Below are positions 47,121 to 57,537 of a stretch of DNA of 64,000 nucleotides, piece after piece. The position numbers and the translations under genes were made by a program. Origin of the DNA: Candidatus Latescibacterota bacterium. Lineage in GTDB: Bacteria > Latescibacterota > UBA2968 > UBA8231. Each line of letters begins with the position of its first letter. Positions within the stretch are counted from its first letter, which is position 1. The notes beneath the pieces were generated by a model. That model was not told where the DNA came from, did no database searches, and saw only the letters and a list, made by a program, of their open reading frames with translations. The stretch spans positions 576,001-640,000 of the forward strand of contig CBDFJF010000002.1 in NCBI GenBank assembly GCA_965248265.1, in the 5' to 3' direction.

Positions 47121-47184
47121 TATACTCTCCAACCTCAAATGGCCCTCGTTTTGAGGGCCGCAATTCGCTGTCTGCGATGAGGTT
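47121..47184 (+). promoter_or_regulatory. -10 box (TATACT) followed by a structured 5' leader of sucA
   Basis: TATACT at 47121-47126. AACCTCA(47131-37)/TGAGGTT(47178-84) closes a GGCCCTC/GAGGGCC hairpin and a TCGC/GCGA hairpin. Confidence 0.45.
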
Positions 47185-47226
47185 AGATATAGGTTTACCA
47201 GGAGCCTCCGGCCAAGGGTCAGTCTC

Positions 47227-50067
47227 ATGCCATTGAATGTCGACGCTAATAATCGAGAATACATCGATCAGCTGTATGAGCAGTACCAGGTTGATCCCAG
47301 CTCCGTAGATGAAGACTGGGGTGCCTTTTTTCAGGGATTCGAGCTGGGCTACGGTCGTGCTGACGAGCGCGACGAGGTAGAGCAATCTGGGGAAGAGTCT
47401 GCATCCCCTCAGGTTGCCCCTGCTGGTTCCGAACGGCGCCGTCTCGAGCGCACCGATACCGGTGCGGTGGCCGTGGTCGAGGCGTATCGCCAGTATGGTC
47501 ACTACGCGGCCAACCTCGATCCGCTGGGAGGTAGCTCCACCGAGCACCCACTGTTGCAGTTGTCCGAATTCGAACTTTCAGATGCCGACCTCGATAAGGG
47601 GGTTGGCATGGGTGGATTCCATCACCAGACGGATGGTTCACTGCGGGATCTGCTCGGAAAGCTACAGAAAACCTATTGCGGAACCCTCGGTGTCGACTTC
47701 CTGTCGATCACGGACAAGGGTCAACGGAGGTGGCTGGAGGAGAAGGTCGAACCAATCCTCAATCAGCCCGAGCTGACCAAGGCACAGAAGCGGCGCATCT
47801 TGTGGTTGGTGACCGAATCAGAGGGGTTCGAGCAATTCCTGCAAAAACGCTATCTGGGGCAGAAGCGCTTTTCCGTCGAAGGGGGTGAATCACTCTTGCC
47901 GTTGCTGGACCGGCTCGTCGAAACCGGCTCGCATCTGGGCGTCGAGGAGATGATCATCGGTATGGCACATCGCGGGCGACTCAACGTCCTGGCCCACCTC
48001 CTCCACAAACAATACGAATCGATTCTTTCGGAGTTCGAGGGCGCCACACGCAGTGAGGGGTCTGAAGATGAAGGGGACGTCAAATATCATCAGGGGTACT
48101 CCTACGACTTCGTTACCCGACGCGGAGGACGTGTTCACCTCTCATTGAGTTACAACCCGAGCCACCTGGAGCTAGTCAACCCTGTCATCGAAGGCATGGT
48201 TCAGGCCAAACAGGATCACTTGCACGACGAAGAGCGCAGCCGGGTCGTGCCCATTCAGATTCACGGCGAGGCCGCCTTTACCGGGCAAGGGATCGTGGCG
48301 GAAACGCTCAACCTGTCCCAGTTGGAGGGCTATCGAACGGGCGGTACCATTCACATCATCATCAACAACCAACTGGGCTACACCGCTACGCCGGAGGAGA
48401 CGCGCTTCACTACCTACCCGACGGATGTGGCGCGCCAGGTTCAGGCCCCAGTCTTCCACGTCAACGCCGACGACCCTGAAGCGGTCGTTCATGCCGCCGA
48501 GTTGGCGATACAATTTCGCCAGCAGTTCAAGACATGCGTACTAATCGACCTGGTCTGCTACCGCCGCCATGGACACAACGAGGCTGACGATCCGACGATG
48601 ACGTCACCGTTGATGTACCAGAAGATCAAGAGTCATCCGACGGTCACCGAGCTTTACTCCAAGGCGCTGATCGAGCGAGGCGAAGGAACGGCGGACGACC
48701 TGAAGGAGATGCAGGAGGAGGTGGCGACGACATTGGATCGTTCACAGGAAAAGGCGCGCCGGCTCAAGGTGAAGCCGAGAACGAACACCTTCGGCGGCAT
48801 GTGGCAGGGCATGACGTGGCCGCGCGATGATTGGGACGCCGATACCTCGGTGAACGCATCCCACCTGAAAAAGATCGCCGACAAGGCGACTGAGATCCCC
48901 GACGGGTTCACGATGCATCCGACCGTCAAACGCATCATGTCCTCGCGTCGGGAAATGGCCGCCGGGAAAATTCCCATGGACTGGGGATGCGCCGAGATGT
49001 TGGCCTTTGGCAGCCTCGTAATCGAGCGACTCGGTGTGCGTCTGGCGGGACAGGATTCACAACGGGGAACGTTCGCCCACCGTCACGCAGTGTGGCACGA
49101 CACCAAAACTGGGCAGTACCATACACCGTTGGCTCATATGGCCTCAGACCAAGGCGCGTTCGAAGTCTACAACACCATGCTCTCTGAGCTCGCCGTAGTG
49201 GGTTTCGAGTACGGCATAAGTCGCACCGATCCGCGACGCCTGGTCATCTGGGAAGCGCAATTCGGTGACTTTGCCAATGGGGCCCAACTGGTCATCGACC
49301 AGTACATCAGTTCAGCCGAAGCCAAGTGGCACCGCATGGCAGGCATTGTCCTGCTACTGCCTCACGGTTGTGAAGGCATGGGCCCCGAGCATTCGAGCGC
49401 ACGCCTCGAGCGACACCTGCAATTGTGTGCCAAGAGCAACATGCAGGTATGCTACCCCTCGACCCCGGCGCAGATCTTCCACGTGCTGCGACGGCAGATG
49501 GAGCGCAATTTCCGCAAGCCCTTGATCGTGATGACGCCAAAGAGCTTGCTGCGTCACAAGCAATGTGTCTCCGAGTTGGCGGAGTTGACGCAGGGGGGTT
49601 ACCGCAATGTCATTGACGATACCGACGTGACAGCGGAGAATGTGCGTCGCGTTGCTCTCTGTTCCGGAAAGGTCTACTACGACTTGCTGGCTGGTCGTGA
49701 GGAGATCGAGGACGTGGCCCTGGTGAGGATTGAACAATTGTACCCGTTTCCGCTGAGGGAGTTGGGAGAGGTCTTGCGCCGCTACGAAGAGGCTGAGGAG
49801 TACGTCTGGGTGCAGGAAGAAGCGTCGAATATGGGTGCGTGGTATTTCGTTCAGCCGCTGATCGATGATCTGCTCGGCGAACGCGGCAACGTCCGCTACA
49901 TCGGCCGAGACGAAGCCGCGAGCCCGGCCGTCGGAGACGCCCGTCAGCACCAGTCCGAGCAGCAGGAGATCGTGGAACAGGCGTTGGATCTGGGTGTCCA
50001 AGAACTCAAGCTCGAAGATGCACAGCGCACGCGCTCAGCAGCGGCCGCCAGCGGTGCGGGCGATTGA
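47227..50067 (+). CDS. sucA: 2-oxoglutarate dehydrogenase E1
   Basis: KRFSVEG, GMAHRGRLN, GDVKYH, NPSHLE, HGEAAFTGQG, YRRHGHNE, RGTF, WEAQFGDF, PEHSSAR, PKSLLR. Confidence 0.97.
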   Translation: MPLNVDANNREYIDQLYEQYQVDPSSVDEDWGAFFQGFELGYGRADERDEVEQSGEESASPQVAPAGSERRRLERTDTGAVAVVEAYRQYGHYAANLDPLGGSSTEHPLLQLSEFELSDADLDKGVGMGGFHHQTDGSLRDLLGKLQKTYCGTLGVDFLSITDKGQRRWLEEKVEPILNQPELTKAQKRRILWLVTESEGFEQFLQKRYLGQKRFSVEGGESLLPLLDRLVETGSHLGVEEMIIGMAHRGRLNVLAHLLHKQYESILSEFEGATRSEGSEDEGDVKYHQGYSYDFVTRRGGRVHLSLSYNPSHLELVNPVIEGMVQAKQDHLHDEERSRVVPIQIHGEAAFTGQGIVAETLNLSQLEGYRTGGTIHIIINNQLGYTATPEETRFTTYPTDVARQVQAPVFHVNADDPEAVVHAAELAIQFRQQFKTCVLIDLVCYRRHGHNEADDPTMTSPLMYQKIKSHPTVTELYSKALIERGEGTADDLKEMQEEVATTLDRSQEKARRLKVKPRTNTFGGMWQGMTWPRDDWDADTSVNASHLKKIADKATEIPDGFTMHPTVKRIMSSRREMAAGKIPMDWGCAEMLAFGSLVIERLGVRLAGQDSQRGTFAHRHAVWHDTKTGQYHTPLAHMASDQGAFEVYNTMLSELAVVGFEYGISRTDPRRLVIWEAQFGDFANGAQLVIDQYISSAEAKWHRMAGIVLLLPHGCEGMGPEHSSARLERHLQLCAKSNMQVCYPSTPAQIFHVLRRQMERNFRKPLIVMTPKSLLRHKQCVSELAELTQGGYRNVIDDTDVTAENVRRVALCSGKVYYDLLAGREEIEDVALVRIEQLYPFPLRELGEVLRRYEEAEEYVWVQEEASNMGAWYFVQPLIDDLLGERGNVRYIGRDEAASPAVGDARQHQSEQQEIVEQALDLGVQELKLEDAQRTRSAAAASGAGD

Positions 50068-50112
50068 GACGGACCACATCAAGAAAAACATCAAGAAACA
50101 GGAGAAGGACTG

Positions 50113-51420
50113 ATGCCAACGGACGTAGCGATCCCCGAAATGGGCGAGTCGGTCAGCGAGGTGATCTTGCTGGAATGGCTCAAATCGGAGGGCGACTACG
50201 TCGGTCGTGATGAAGCGATCTGCGTACTCGAGACGGACAAGGCCAACGTTGAGCTGCCGTCTCCAGCGGCCGGAGTTCTTCACCCGGCACAGGAGGTAGA
50301 TGCCACTCTGGCCGTGGGGGATCTGGTGGCCACGATTGACGAGGGTCCACAACCAGCGCAGGCGGACGAAGAAGCGGTCGCTGAGGTCGGCCAACCTGAA
50401 CCTGTCGTCGAAGTCGCACCCAGCGAAGAGCCAGCGGTGGCGGCCGAAATGCTAGAGAGCTTGAGCCCGGCGGTCAGAGGCCTGGTCCAGGAGCACGGCA
50501 TCGATCCAAGCCAAATCGTGGGCACGGGTCGGGGCGGCCGCATCGTAAAACAGGACATCGTCGCCTTCTTGAAGGAGAAGGAGAATGAGGCTGCCTCCGC
50601 CGGCACATCAGCCGCGAGTCCTCCGCAGCCCACGGCAAAACCAGCGGTGACCCCGCCCCCAGCGCCAACCCCGAAAGCCCAGGTCGCAACGTCCGTCCCG
50701 CCGGCAAGTGAAGGCGACGACGGCGGCGTTCGTCGCGAGCCGATGACGAAGATCCGCAAGCGCATCGCCGAGCGCCTGGTTGCCGCGCAACAGAACGCGG
50801 CCATGTTGACGACCTTCAACGAGGTCGATCTGGGAGAGGTGATGGCGTTGCGTAAGCGCCACAAGGAGCGATTTGCCGAGAAGCACGGAGTCTCACTCGG
50901 ATTGATGTCGTTCTTCTCCCGCGCCACCATCCTGGCGTTGCAGGAATTCCCCCAGGTCAACGCCGGCATCGAAGGTGACGACATCGTCTACCATGACTAC
51001 GTCAATCTCGGAATCGCCGTCTCCTCGGAACGAGGATTGTTGGTACCGGTCCTGCGTCGTGCCGACCGTCTATCGATGGCGCAGATCGAAGGCGAGATAA
51101 AGCGACTGGCACAAGCAGCTCGCGACAACAAGCTCGGCCTGAACGAGCTCAGCGGAGGCACCTTCTCCATCACCAACGGCGGAGTCTTCGGCTCGCTGAT
51201 GTCGACGCCGATTCTCAATCCACCGCAAAGCGGCATACTCGGCATGCATGCGATCAAGGAGCGCCCCGCCGTCGTCGAGGGAGCAGTCGTGGTGCGGCCG
51301 ATGATGTACCTGGCGTTATCCTATGACCACCGTCTCATCGACGGGGAGCAATCGGTGAAGTTCCTGGTTCGTATCAAGGATCTGCTGGAAGACCCACCGC
51401 GGTTGATGCTGGAGATCTGA
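50113..51420 (+). CDS. sucB: Dihydrolipoyllysine-residue succinyltransferase E2
   Basis: ETDK lipoyl motif, [32 protein letters not shown]. Confidence 0.97.
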   Translation: MPTDVAIPEMGESVSEVILLEWLKSEGDYVGRDEAICVLETDKANVELPSPAAGVLHPAQEVDATLAVGDLVATIDEGPQPAQADEEAVAEVGQPEPVVEVAPSEEPAVAAEMLESLSPAVRGLVQEHGIDPSQIVGTGRGGRIVKQDIVAFLKEKENEAASAGTSAASPPQPTAKPAVTPPPAPTPKAQVATSVPPASEGDDGGVRREPMTKIRKRIAERLVAAQQNAAMLTTFNEVDLGEVMALRKRHKERFAEKHGVSLGLMSFFSRATILALQEFPQVNAGIEGDDIVYHDYVNLGIAVSSERGLLVPVLRRADRLSMAQIEGEIKRLAQAARDNKLGLNELSGGTFSITNGGVFGSLMSTPILNPPQSGILGMHAIKERPAVVEGAVVVRPMMYLALSYDHRLIDGEQSVKFLVRIKDLLEDPPRLMLEI

Positions 51421-51424
51421 AACC

Positions 51425-52816
51425 GTGAGCGAGTCTGAGTTTGACCTAATCGTCATCGGAGCGGGTCCCGGCGGCTACGTCGCCGCTGTGCGGGCGACCG
51501 AGCTGGGCATGCGGGTGGCCTGCGTGGACAAGGCGGCGCTGGGCGGCACCTGTCTCAACGTCGGCTGCATTCCAAGCAAGGCCCTGCTGGAATCCAGTGA
51601 ACGATTCCATGAAACGACCACGGGAAAGCTGGAGGATCATGGCGTAAGGCTCGCAGACGTGCAACTGGACCTGGCCGCCATGATGGCTCGCAAGGAGCGT
51701 ATCGTCCAGGGCATGACGGCTGGGATCGGTGGCCTGTTCAAGAAACACAAGGTCAGTTTCTTCGCCGGAACGGGCAGTATTCCGGAACCCGGAGTCGTTC
51801 AGGTGACCGGCAAGGAGGGTGATGTCGCACTGAGCGCGGCGAATATTCTGCTGGCCCTGGGCAGCGAGCCTGTGGAACTGGCGGACCTGCCCTTCGATGG
51901 ACGCTACATAATTAGTTCGACCGAAGCCCTGGCGTTGCCCCAAGTCCCCGAGCGTATGGCCGTGATCGGGGCTGGGGCTATCGGACTTGAGCTGGGGTCG
52001 GTCTGGAACCGACTGGGATCCGAGGTCGTCGTCGTCGAGTTCATGGATTCAATTCTGCCAGGCATGGATGGCGATATCAGCACCCAGTTGCAGCGCGTCC
52101 TCAAGCGGCAGGGGTTGGACTTCCAACTGCAGACACGGGCCACGGGCGCGAACATCGAAGATGGTGGGGTAAGCCTGTCGTTGGCGAGTGAAAAAGAGGG
52201 GGAGTCCTTCATCGACTGCGACTGCGTCCTGGTAGCGGTCGGTCGCCGGCCGTACAGTGCGCTGTCCGGCATCCAAGACCTGGGGATCGACACCGACGCG
52301 CGTGGTTTCGTCACCGTCGATGAACGCTACCAGACCAGCGTGGCCGGTGTCTACGCGATCGGCGATCTCATTCCCGGACCCATGCTGGCTCACAAGGCTG
52401 AAGCGGAGGGCATCGCCACCGTGGAGATCATTTCCGGCAAGGCGAGTCCACTCAACTATGGCGCCGTCCCCAGCGTCGTCTACACGGACCCGGAGGCGGC
52501 TTCCGTCGGTTTGACGGAAGAGGAGGCCCGCGCCAGTGGACGGCCGGTCCAAGTCGGCAAGTTCCAGTTCAAGGCCAATGCCCGTGCCCACTGCATGGAC
52601 GCCGTCGACGGCTTTGCCAAGCTCATCGCCGACGCCGACACGGACCGGCTGCTCGGCATGCACATCCTGGGCCCCCAGGCGTCTCATCTGATTGCGGAGG
52701 GGGTCCTGGCTATCGAGTTCGCTGCCAGTGCCGAGGACATCGCCCGCACCATCCACGCTCACCCGTCGTTGTCCGAAGTGGTCAAGGAAGCGGCATGGGC
52801 GATCCCCCAGCGCTGA
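51425..52816 (+). CDS. lpdA: Dihydrolipoyl dehydrogenase E3
   Basis: GAGPGGY, GGTCLNVGCIPSK, MLAHKA, HAHPSLSE. Confidence 0.97.
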   Translation: MSESEFDLIVIGAGPGGYVAAVRATELGMRVACVDKAALGGTCLNVGCIPSKALLESSERFHETTTGKLEDHGVRLADVQLDLAAMMARKERIVQGMTAGIGGLFKKHKVSFFAGTGSIPEPGVVQVTGKEGDVALSAANILLALGSEPVELADLPFDGRYIISSTEALALPQVPERMAVIGAGAIGLELGSVWNRLGSEVVVVEFMDSILPGMDGDISTQLQRVLKRQGLDFQLQTRATGANIEDGGVSLSLASEKEGESFIDCDCVLVAVGRRPYSALSGIQDLGIDTDARGFVTVDERYQTSVAGVYAIGDLIPGPMLAHKAEAEGIATVEIISGKASPLNYGAVPSVVYTDPEAASVGLTEEEARASGRPVQVGKFQFKANARAHCMDAVDGFAKLIADADTDRLLGMHILGPQASHLIAEGVLAIEFAASAEDIARTIHAHPSLSEVVKEAAWAIPQR

Positions 52817-52825
52817 AATCGGGCA

Positions 52826-53353
52826 ATGGGCAAGGTCCTCATCGTCGTAGACATGCAGAGGGGATTCCTGCATCCCAGCGGATCTTTGTTTTGCGGTGAG
52901 CAGGCGCGCGAAATCATCGAGCCGATCAGGGAACGGGTGCTGCAGGAGCAGGCAGCAGGGACGGACATTTTCTTTACGCAGGACACGCATGCTCCTGACG
53001 ATAAGGAGTTCGACATGTTCCCCCCGCACTGCATCAGGGGCTCAGGGGAGGAAGATGTCATCGACGAACTGGCCGATCTGGTCGTGTTCGGCCGCGTCGT
53101 TCCCAAGCGCCGTTACTCGGCCTTCTTCGAGACGGATCTGGCGGAACAGCTATCTGCTCTGCAACCCGAAGAGGTCATCGTAGTCGGCGACTGCACCGAT
53201 ATCTGCGTCCTCCACACGGTGGCGGGTCTGCGCAGCCGTGATTACAAGGTCGAGGTGCCGGCCGATTGCGTCGCCAGTTTCGATTCGCAGCAACACGAAT
53301 GGGCCCTGTCCCACATGGAAAAGATCCTGGGAGCCCGGATCACCAACCGGTGA
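52826..53353 (+). CDS. pncA: Nicotinamidase (isochorismatase family)
   Basis: VVDMQ, DTH, PPHC, K..YSAF, GDCTDICV; lies directly upstream of pncB. Confidence 0.8.
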   Translation: MGKVLIVVDMQRGFLHPSGSLFCGEQAREIIEPIRERVLQEQAAGTDIFFTQDTHAPDDKEFDMFPPHCIRGSGEEDVIDELADLVVFGRVVPKRRYSAFFETDLAEQLSALQPEEVIVVGDCTDICVLHTVAGLRSRDYKVEVPADCVASFDSQQHEWALSHMEKILGARITNR

Positions 53354-54351
53354 GCGCGACGCGGTTCGAGCCCAGCGAGGCCACTCTGACTGGCGTCAAT
53401 GCCGACATCTACTTCAAGCGTACTAGGCAGGTATTGGAAGCCGAGGAGATCGATCCTGTTGTCGCCGTCGAGGTGTTCGCCCGAGCGCCCGCCGTGCTGT
53501 GTGGCATCCGGGAGGTTCACGCGTTGTTGCGGCGGGTATTACCTGAAGGGGCAAAGGTCTGGAGTCTGGAAGAGGGCGTCCGTATCGACGAGCGCGAAGT
53601 GGTTCTGAGGATTCGTGCACCGTATGCCAGTTTCTGTCTGTACGAAACCGCCATTCTCGGGACGCTGGCAAGCGAGACCGGCTGGGCAGCAGCAGCGGAG
53701 AAGTGCGTCCGGGCCGCAGACGGCACTCCCGTCATCCACTTCGGCGCCCGTCATGTGCATCCAGACGTCAGCGGACGGCTCGAGTACGCGGCATGTGTAG
53801 GGGGTTGCGCCACTTGTGCCACTTCCTGGGGGGCCGAGCTTGCCGGTGTTGATCCCAGCGGCACTTTGCCGCACGGACTAATTCTCGCCATGGGTGATAC
53901 CTTGCGCGCCGCCGAGGCCTTCGACCGCTGCATCGATAAAGCGGTGGATCGTGTCGTCCTCGTCGATACATTCATGGATGAGGCAGACGAGAGTGTACGG
54001 GTAGCCGACGCCATGGCCGACCGGCTATGGGGCGTGCGCCTGGACACGGCCGCCGAACTCGGCGGGGTCACGGTTGATCTGGTAAACAGAGTTCGGGGCC
54101 GGCTAGACGACGCCGGTCACAGTGGAGTCCGGATCGTGGTCTCGGGCGGTCTCGACGTCGATCGGATCCGACACTTTCGAGGAAAAGGAGCTGCTGTCGA
54201 TGCGTTCGGGGTCGGGAGCGCGATCAGTGGCGCGCCCCCCGTGGATTTTACCGCCGACATCAAAGAAGTGAATGAACAGCCGTTGGCCAAGCGCGGCAGA
54301 AGCTCCGGATTGACAAACAACCACAAAATGGGCGCCGTCGACCTGCAATAG
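53350..54351 (+). CDS. pncB: Nicotinate phosphoribosyltransferase (short type)
   Basis: GTG start overlaps the pncA stop; ADIYF, FGAR, GTLPH, LVDTF, VRLDT, SGG, FGVGS, FTADIK. Confidence 0.88.
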   Translation: MSATRFEPSEATLTGVNADIYFKRTRQVLEAEEIDPVVAVEVFARAPAVLCGIREVHALLRRVLPEGAKVWSLEEGVRIDEREVVLRIRAPYASFCLYETAILGTLASETGWAAAAEKCVRAADGTPVIHFGARHVHPDVSGRLEYAACVGGCATCATSWGAELAGVDPSGTLPHGLILAMGDTLRAAEAFDRCIDKAVDRVVLVDTFMDEADESVRVADAMADRLWGVRLDTAAELGGVTVDLVNRVRGRLDDAGHSGVRIVVSGGLDVDRIRHFRGKGAAVDAFGVGSAISGAPPVDFTADIKEVNEQPLAKRGRSSGLTNNHKMGAVDLQ

Positions 54352-54366
54352 AGGGAGCACGAACTG

Positions 54367-55551
54367 ATGCGCGAGTACGATCTGGCTGGAGGCAACACCA
54401 ACCCCGAAACCTTTCCCACAACGGACATCGCCCGCGTTGCGGCCAAGGCCATCGCGGATCTGGGCGGTGACCTGGCACGCTACCCCGGCGATCTGGGCCA
54501 CGCTGGTTTACGTCAATTGATGGCACATCGCGAGTCTATCAGAGAAGGCATCGCCGTAGACCCGGACCACATCTCTCTCACCAACGGCTCCATGCAGGCT
54601 GTCACCCTGATGGCTGAAGCACTCATGAACAAGCCGGGTGACGTCATCATCGTCGAAGAGCTGTGTTACATGGGGACCCTTTACGCCTACAAAGAGGTGG
54701 GAGCAAAACTCGTCGGCATACCCCTGGACGAGCACGGCATGCGGCTGGATCGCCTGGAGGAGTCGCTGGAGCAATTACACAGGGCAGGCACGCCGCCCGC
54801 CTTCATCTATACAACCAGTACCTACCAGAATCCGACCGGCGCCGTCATGCCCAGAGCACAGCGCCTCGAACTGATCGAAGTGGCGCGTCGTTTCGACACC
54901 ATCATCGTCGAGGACAACTGTTACGCCGACGTCCATTTCGAGGGCGACAAGCAACCGGCTCTGTACGCTCTCGATGACAGTCCGAATCAGGTATACATCT
55001 GCTCGGTCTCAAAGATTCTGGGGCCGGGAGTGAGGCTGGGTTATTTCCTGGCACGCCCACCGATGTTGGAGCGCATACTGGAACGCCGTGCCGATGGCGG
55101 AAACAGTCTGCTCGCCGCAGCGGTAATCGCCGAGTACTTCAGGGACGAACTGTGGTCCCACATCGACCGTGCCAACGACGCTTTACGGGTGAAACGGGAC
55201 GCCCTGATCGAAACTCTTTCCGAGCACTTGGGTGATATCTGCACCTGGTCGCATCCCGTGGGTGGGCTGTTTCTCTGGTTGCGGTTTCCCGATGACGTCG
55301 ACACCGGAGAGCTGGCCCGACTGGCGGCGGCCGAGGGTGTTCGCTACGTGCCGGGATCGCAATTCCACTTCGATGGTGCCGACGTGTCCTGCCTGCGTCT
55401 GGCCTTTGGCCATGCACCCGAAGCCGATATCCGAGAAGGGATACCGCTGCTGGCCCAATGCATCAGGGCCGCTCACCGGGACGTTGGATCCTCCGTTGAA
55501 CCAGCCGCCCACGATGTGAGCGAACCGCTGGCGCCGGCACGGGCAAGTTGA
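54367..55551 (+). CDS. PLP-dependent class I/II aminotransferase (LysN/ARO8/MocR-type, no HTH)
   Basis: TNGS, YQNPTG, EDNCY, SVSKILGPGVRLG, GGLFLW, RLAF. Confidence 0.9.
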   Translation: MREYDLAGGNTNPETFPTTDIARVAAKAIADLGGDLARYPGDLGHAGLRQLMAHRESIREGIAVDPDHISLTNGSMQAVTLMAEALMNKPGDVIIVEELCYMGTLYAYKEVGAKLVGIPLDEHGMRLDRLEESLEQLHRAGTPPAFIYTTSTYQNPTGAVMPRAQRLELIEVARRFDTIIVEDNCYADVHFEGDKQPALYALDDSPNQVYICSVSKILGPGVRLGYFLARPPMLERILERRADGGNSLLAAAVIAEYFRDELWSHIDRANDALRVKRDALIETLSEHLGDICTWSHPVGGLFLWLRFPDDVDTGELARLAAAEGVRYVPGSQFHFDGADVSCLRLAFGHAPEADIREGIPLLAQCIRAAHRDVGSSVEPAAHDVSEPLAPARAS

Positions 55552-55596
55552 CCGAGGGTGCGTCAGCGCTGGCTCTAGGCGCTCCTCGCTGCCATC

Positions 55597-57537
55597 ATGA
55601 CGGCTGACGTTTCCTCTCCACCCCGCATCGCCCTCGTGCAGATGGAAGTGCAGGCTGCCCGTCCCGATCTGAATGCTGCGAGGATGAAGCAGCATATCGA
55701 TGCGGCCCGGGAGCGAGGCGCCGAGATCATCGTGTTTTCAGAGTTGTGCCTGTCCGGGTACATCATCGGTGATCTCTGGGAGGTCGATTCGTTGGTACGG
55801 GATTTCGCTGCCTACAGCGATGAGATCTGTGCTGCCAGCGAGGGGGTCACCGTCCTTTTCGGTAACGTCGCCGTCGATGAGAATGGCTCTGCGATTGCCG
55901 AAGACGGACGTCTGCGAAAGTACAACGCCGTTTTTGTCTGTCATGACGGCCAGTATGTTTTTCGCGATGCCGGGGTTCCCGCGGGGCCACCGACTTACAT
56001 CCAGCCCAAAACGTTGCACCCCAACTACCGTTTTTTCGACGACGACCGTCACTTCTATTCGGTGAGAAAGCTGGCGCAGGCTGCCGGCGCGTCCGTCTAC
56101 GATTGGTGCGTTCCATTCGAGGTCGAGCGCGACGACGGCAGCCTCTTTCGATTCGGGGTTCAGCTCTGCGAAGATATCTGGAGCCAGGATTACGAGTACG
56201 AGTCCGACATGCTGAACACCCTCAGCGTGTACGGCGATCGCGGAGCGCAGGCCGTGTTCAACCTGTCAGCCTCTCCCTGGACCTGGCAGAAGAATGACAA
56301 ACGCAACCGCGTTGTACGGGATATTCTCAATCGCTCTCCGCTGCCGTTCTTCTACGTGAATCAGGTGGGTGCGCAGAACAACGGCAAGAATATCATCGTC
56401 TTCGACGGCGATTCAACCGCCTACGCGCCCGACGGTGCTATCGTCCAACGGGCTGAGCCATGGTCAGAACAGATCGTCTTCAGCACGGATGTCGCAGAGG
56501 CCGAGGAGCGTTCGACCCAGACGGAAATCGAGGCCGTGTACGACGCCGTATTGTGCGGCCTGCGCCATCTGGACCACCTACGTGACGGAGACAGCCGGTT
56601 CCTGGTCGGATTGAGCGGGGGCATTGATTCCAGTGTCGTCGCCTGCCTGCTGGTAAAGGCATTCGGCCCCGAGCGAGTGTTCGGTGTCAACATGCCGACC
56701 CGCTTCAATTCGGAGATCACGCAGGACAACGCCATGCTGGTATACGAGAAGCTGGGTATCGACTATCAGGTATGCGCCATCGAGGAGTTGTACGGCCGGG
56801 TCGCCGACCAGATACGACAGATCGAGTTCCCACGCTCCAAGGGCACCTATGATCGGTTGGTCGACGAGAACATCCAGGCACGCATCCGTTTCTCCGACAT
56901 CCTCGCCGGCATCGCCGCCAAGCACGGGTTCATCTTCACGAACAACGGGAACAAGACCGAGCTGGCGCTCGGGTATACCACCTTGTACGGTGATCTGGGC
57001 GGTGCCATAGCGCCGATCGCGGATCTCTACAAGACCCAGGTATTCGAACTGGGTAGGTACTTGAATGAGCGGGTTTTTGACGAGGAAGTCATTCCACAGA
57101 ATCTGCTGACCAGGGAGACCGTGCCCAGCGCGGAGCTGTCGGAGGCGCAAGATGTGACGAAGGGCCTCGGCGATCCGATCAAGTACGACTACCATGACGC
57201 CGTGTTGCGGCAGTTGATCGAATACCGTCACCACCCATCGGACCTTTTACAGTGGTTCAAGGATGGAGAGTTGCTCGAACGGTTGGGGTTGGAGGGTGGC
57301 CGGGCCGTTTTCGAAGAGTACTTCCCGAATGTCGACAGCTGGATCGCGGATCTGGAGTGGGTTCAGCGGCAACTGCGGGTCAGTTTCTTCAAGAGAATTC
57401 AGTCACCGCCACTGATCGTGTTGAGCAAAAGGGCGTTCGGGTTCGATCTCAGGGAGACCCAATACACCGCTTACCAGCCGCGTGAGTTTGAACGGCTCAA
57501 GCGTGAATTGTTGCAGCGAGAAAAGGAGGGTAGATGA
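55597..57537 (+). CDS. nadE: Glutamine-dependent NAD+ synthetase
   Basis: Nitrilase domain triad E (FSEL), K (PKT), C (LCED); synthetase motifs SGGIDS, ENIQAR, NKTE..GYTTLYGD, PSAEL. Confidence 0.95.
   Translation: MTADVSSPPRIALVQMEVQAARPDLNAARMKQHIDAARERGAEIIVFSELCLSGYIIGDLWEVDSLVRDFAAYSDEICAASEGVTVLFGNVAVDENGSAIAEDGRLRKYNAVFVCHDGQYVFRDAGVPAGPPTYIQPKTLHPNYRFFDDDRHFYSVRKLAQAAGASVYDWCVPFEVERDDGSLFRFGVQLCEDIWSQDYEYESDMLNTLSVYGDRGAQAVFNLSASPWTWQKNDKRNRVVRDILNRSPLPFFYVNQVGAQNNGKNIIVFDGDSTAYAPDGAIVQRAEPWSEQIVFSTDVAEAEERSTQTEIEAVYDAVLCGLRHLDHLRDGDSRFLVGLSGGIDSSVVACLLVKAFGPERVFGVNMPTRFNSEITQDNAMLVYEKLGIDYQVCAIEELYGRVADQIRQIEFPRSKGTYDRLVDENIQARIRFSDILAGIAAKHGFIFTNNGNKTELALGYTTLYGDLGGAIAPIADLYKTQVFELGRYLNERVFDEEVIPQNLLTRETVPSAELSEAQDVTKGLGDPIKYDYHDAVLRQLIEYRHHPSDLLQWFKDGELLERLGLEGGRAVFEEYFPNVDSWIADLEWVQRQLRVSFFKRIQSPPLIVLSKRAFGFDLRETQYTAYQPREFERLKRELLQREKEGR

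Noticed and set aside
32709-47142. Shared 12-mer AACCTCAAATGG (32709 and 47131)
   Set aside because: Chance-level match in 64 kb; the 32709 copy lacks the complementary TGAGGTT strand.
52049-53029. 326-aa minus ORF and similar long antisense ORFs across sucA-nadE
   Set aside because: Antisense to well-conserved housekeeping genes.
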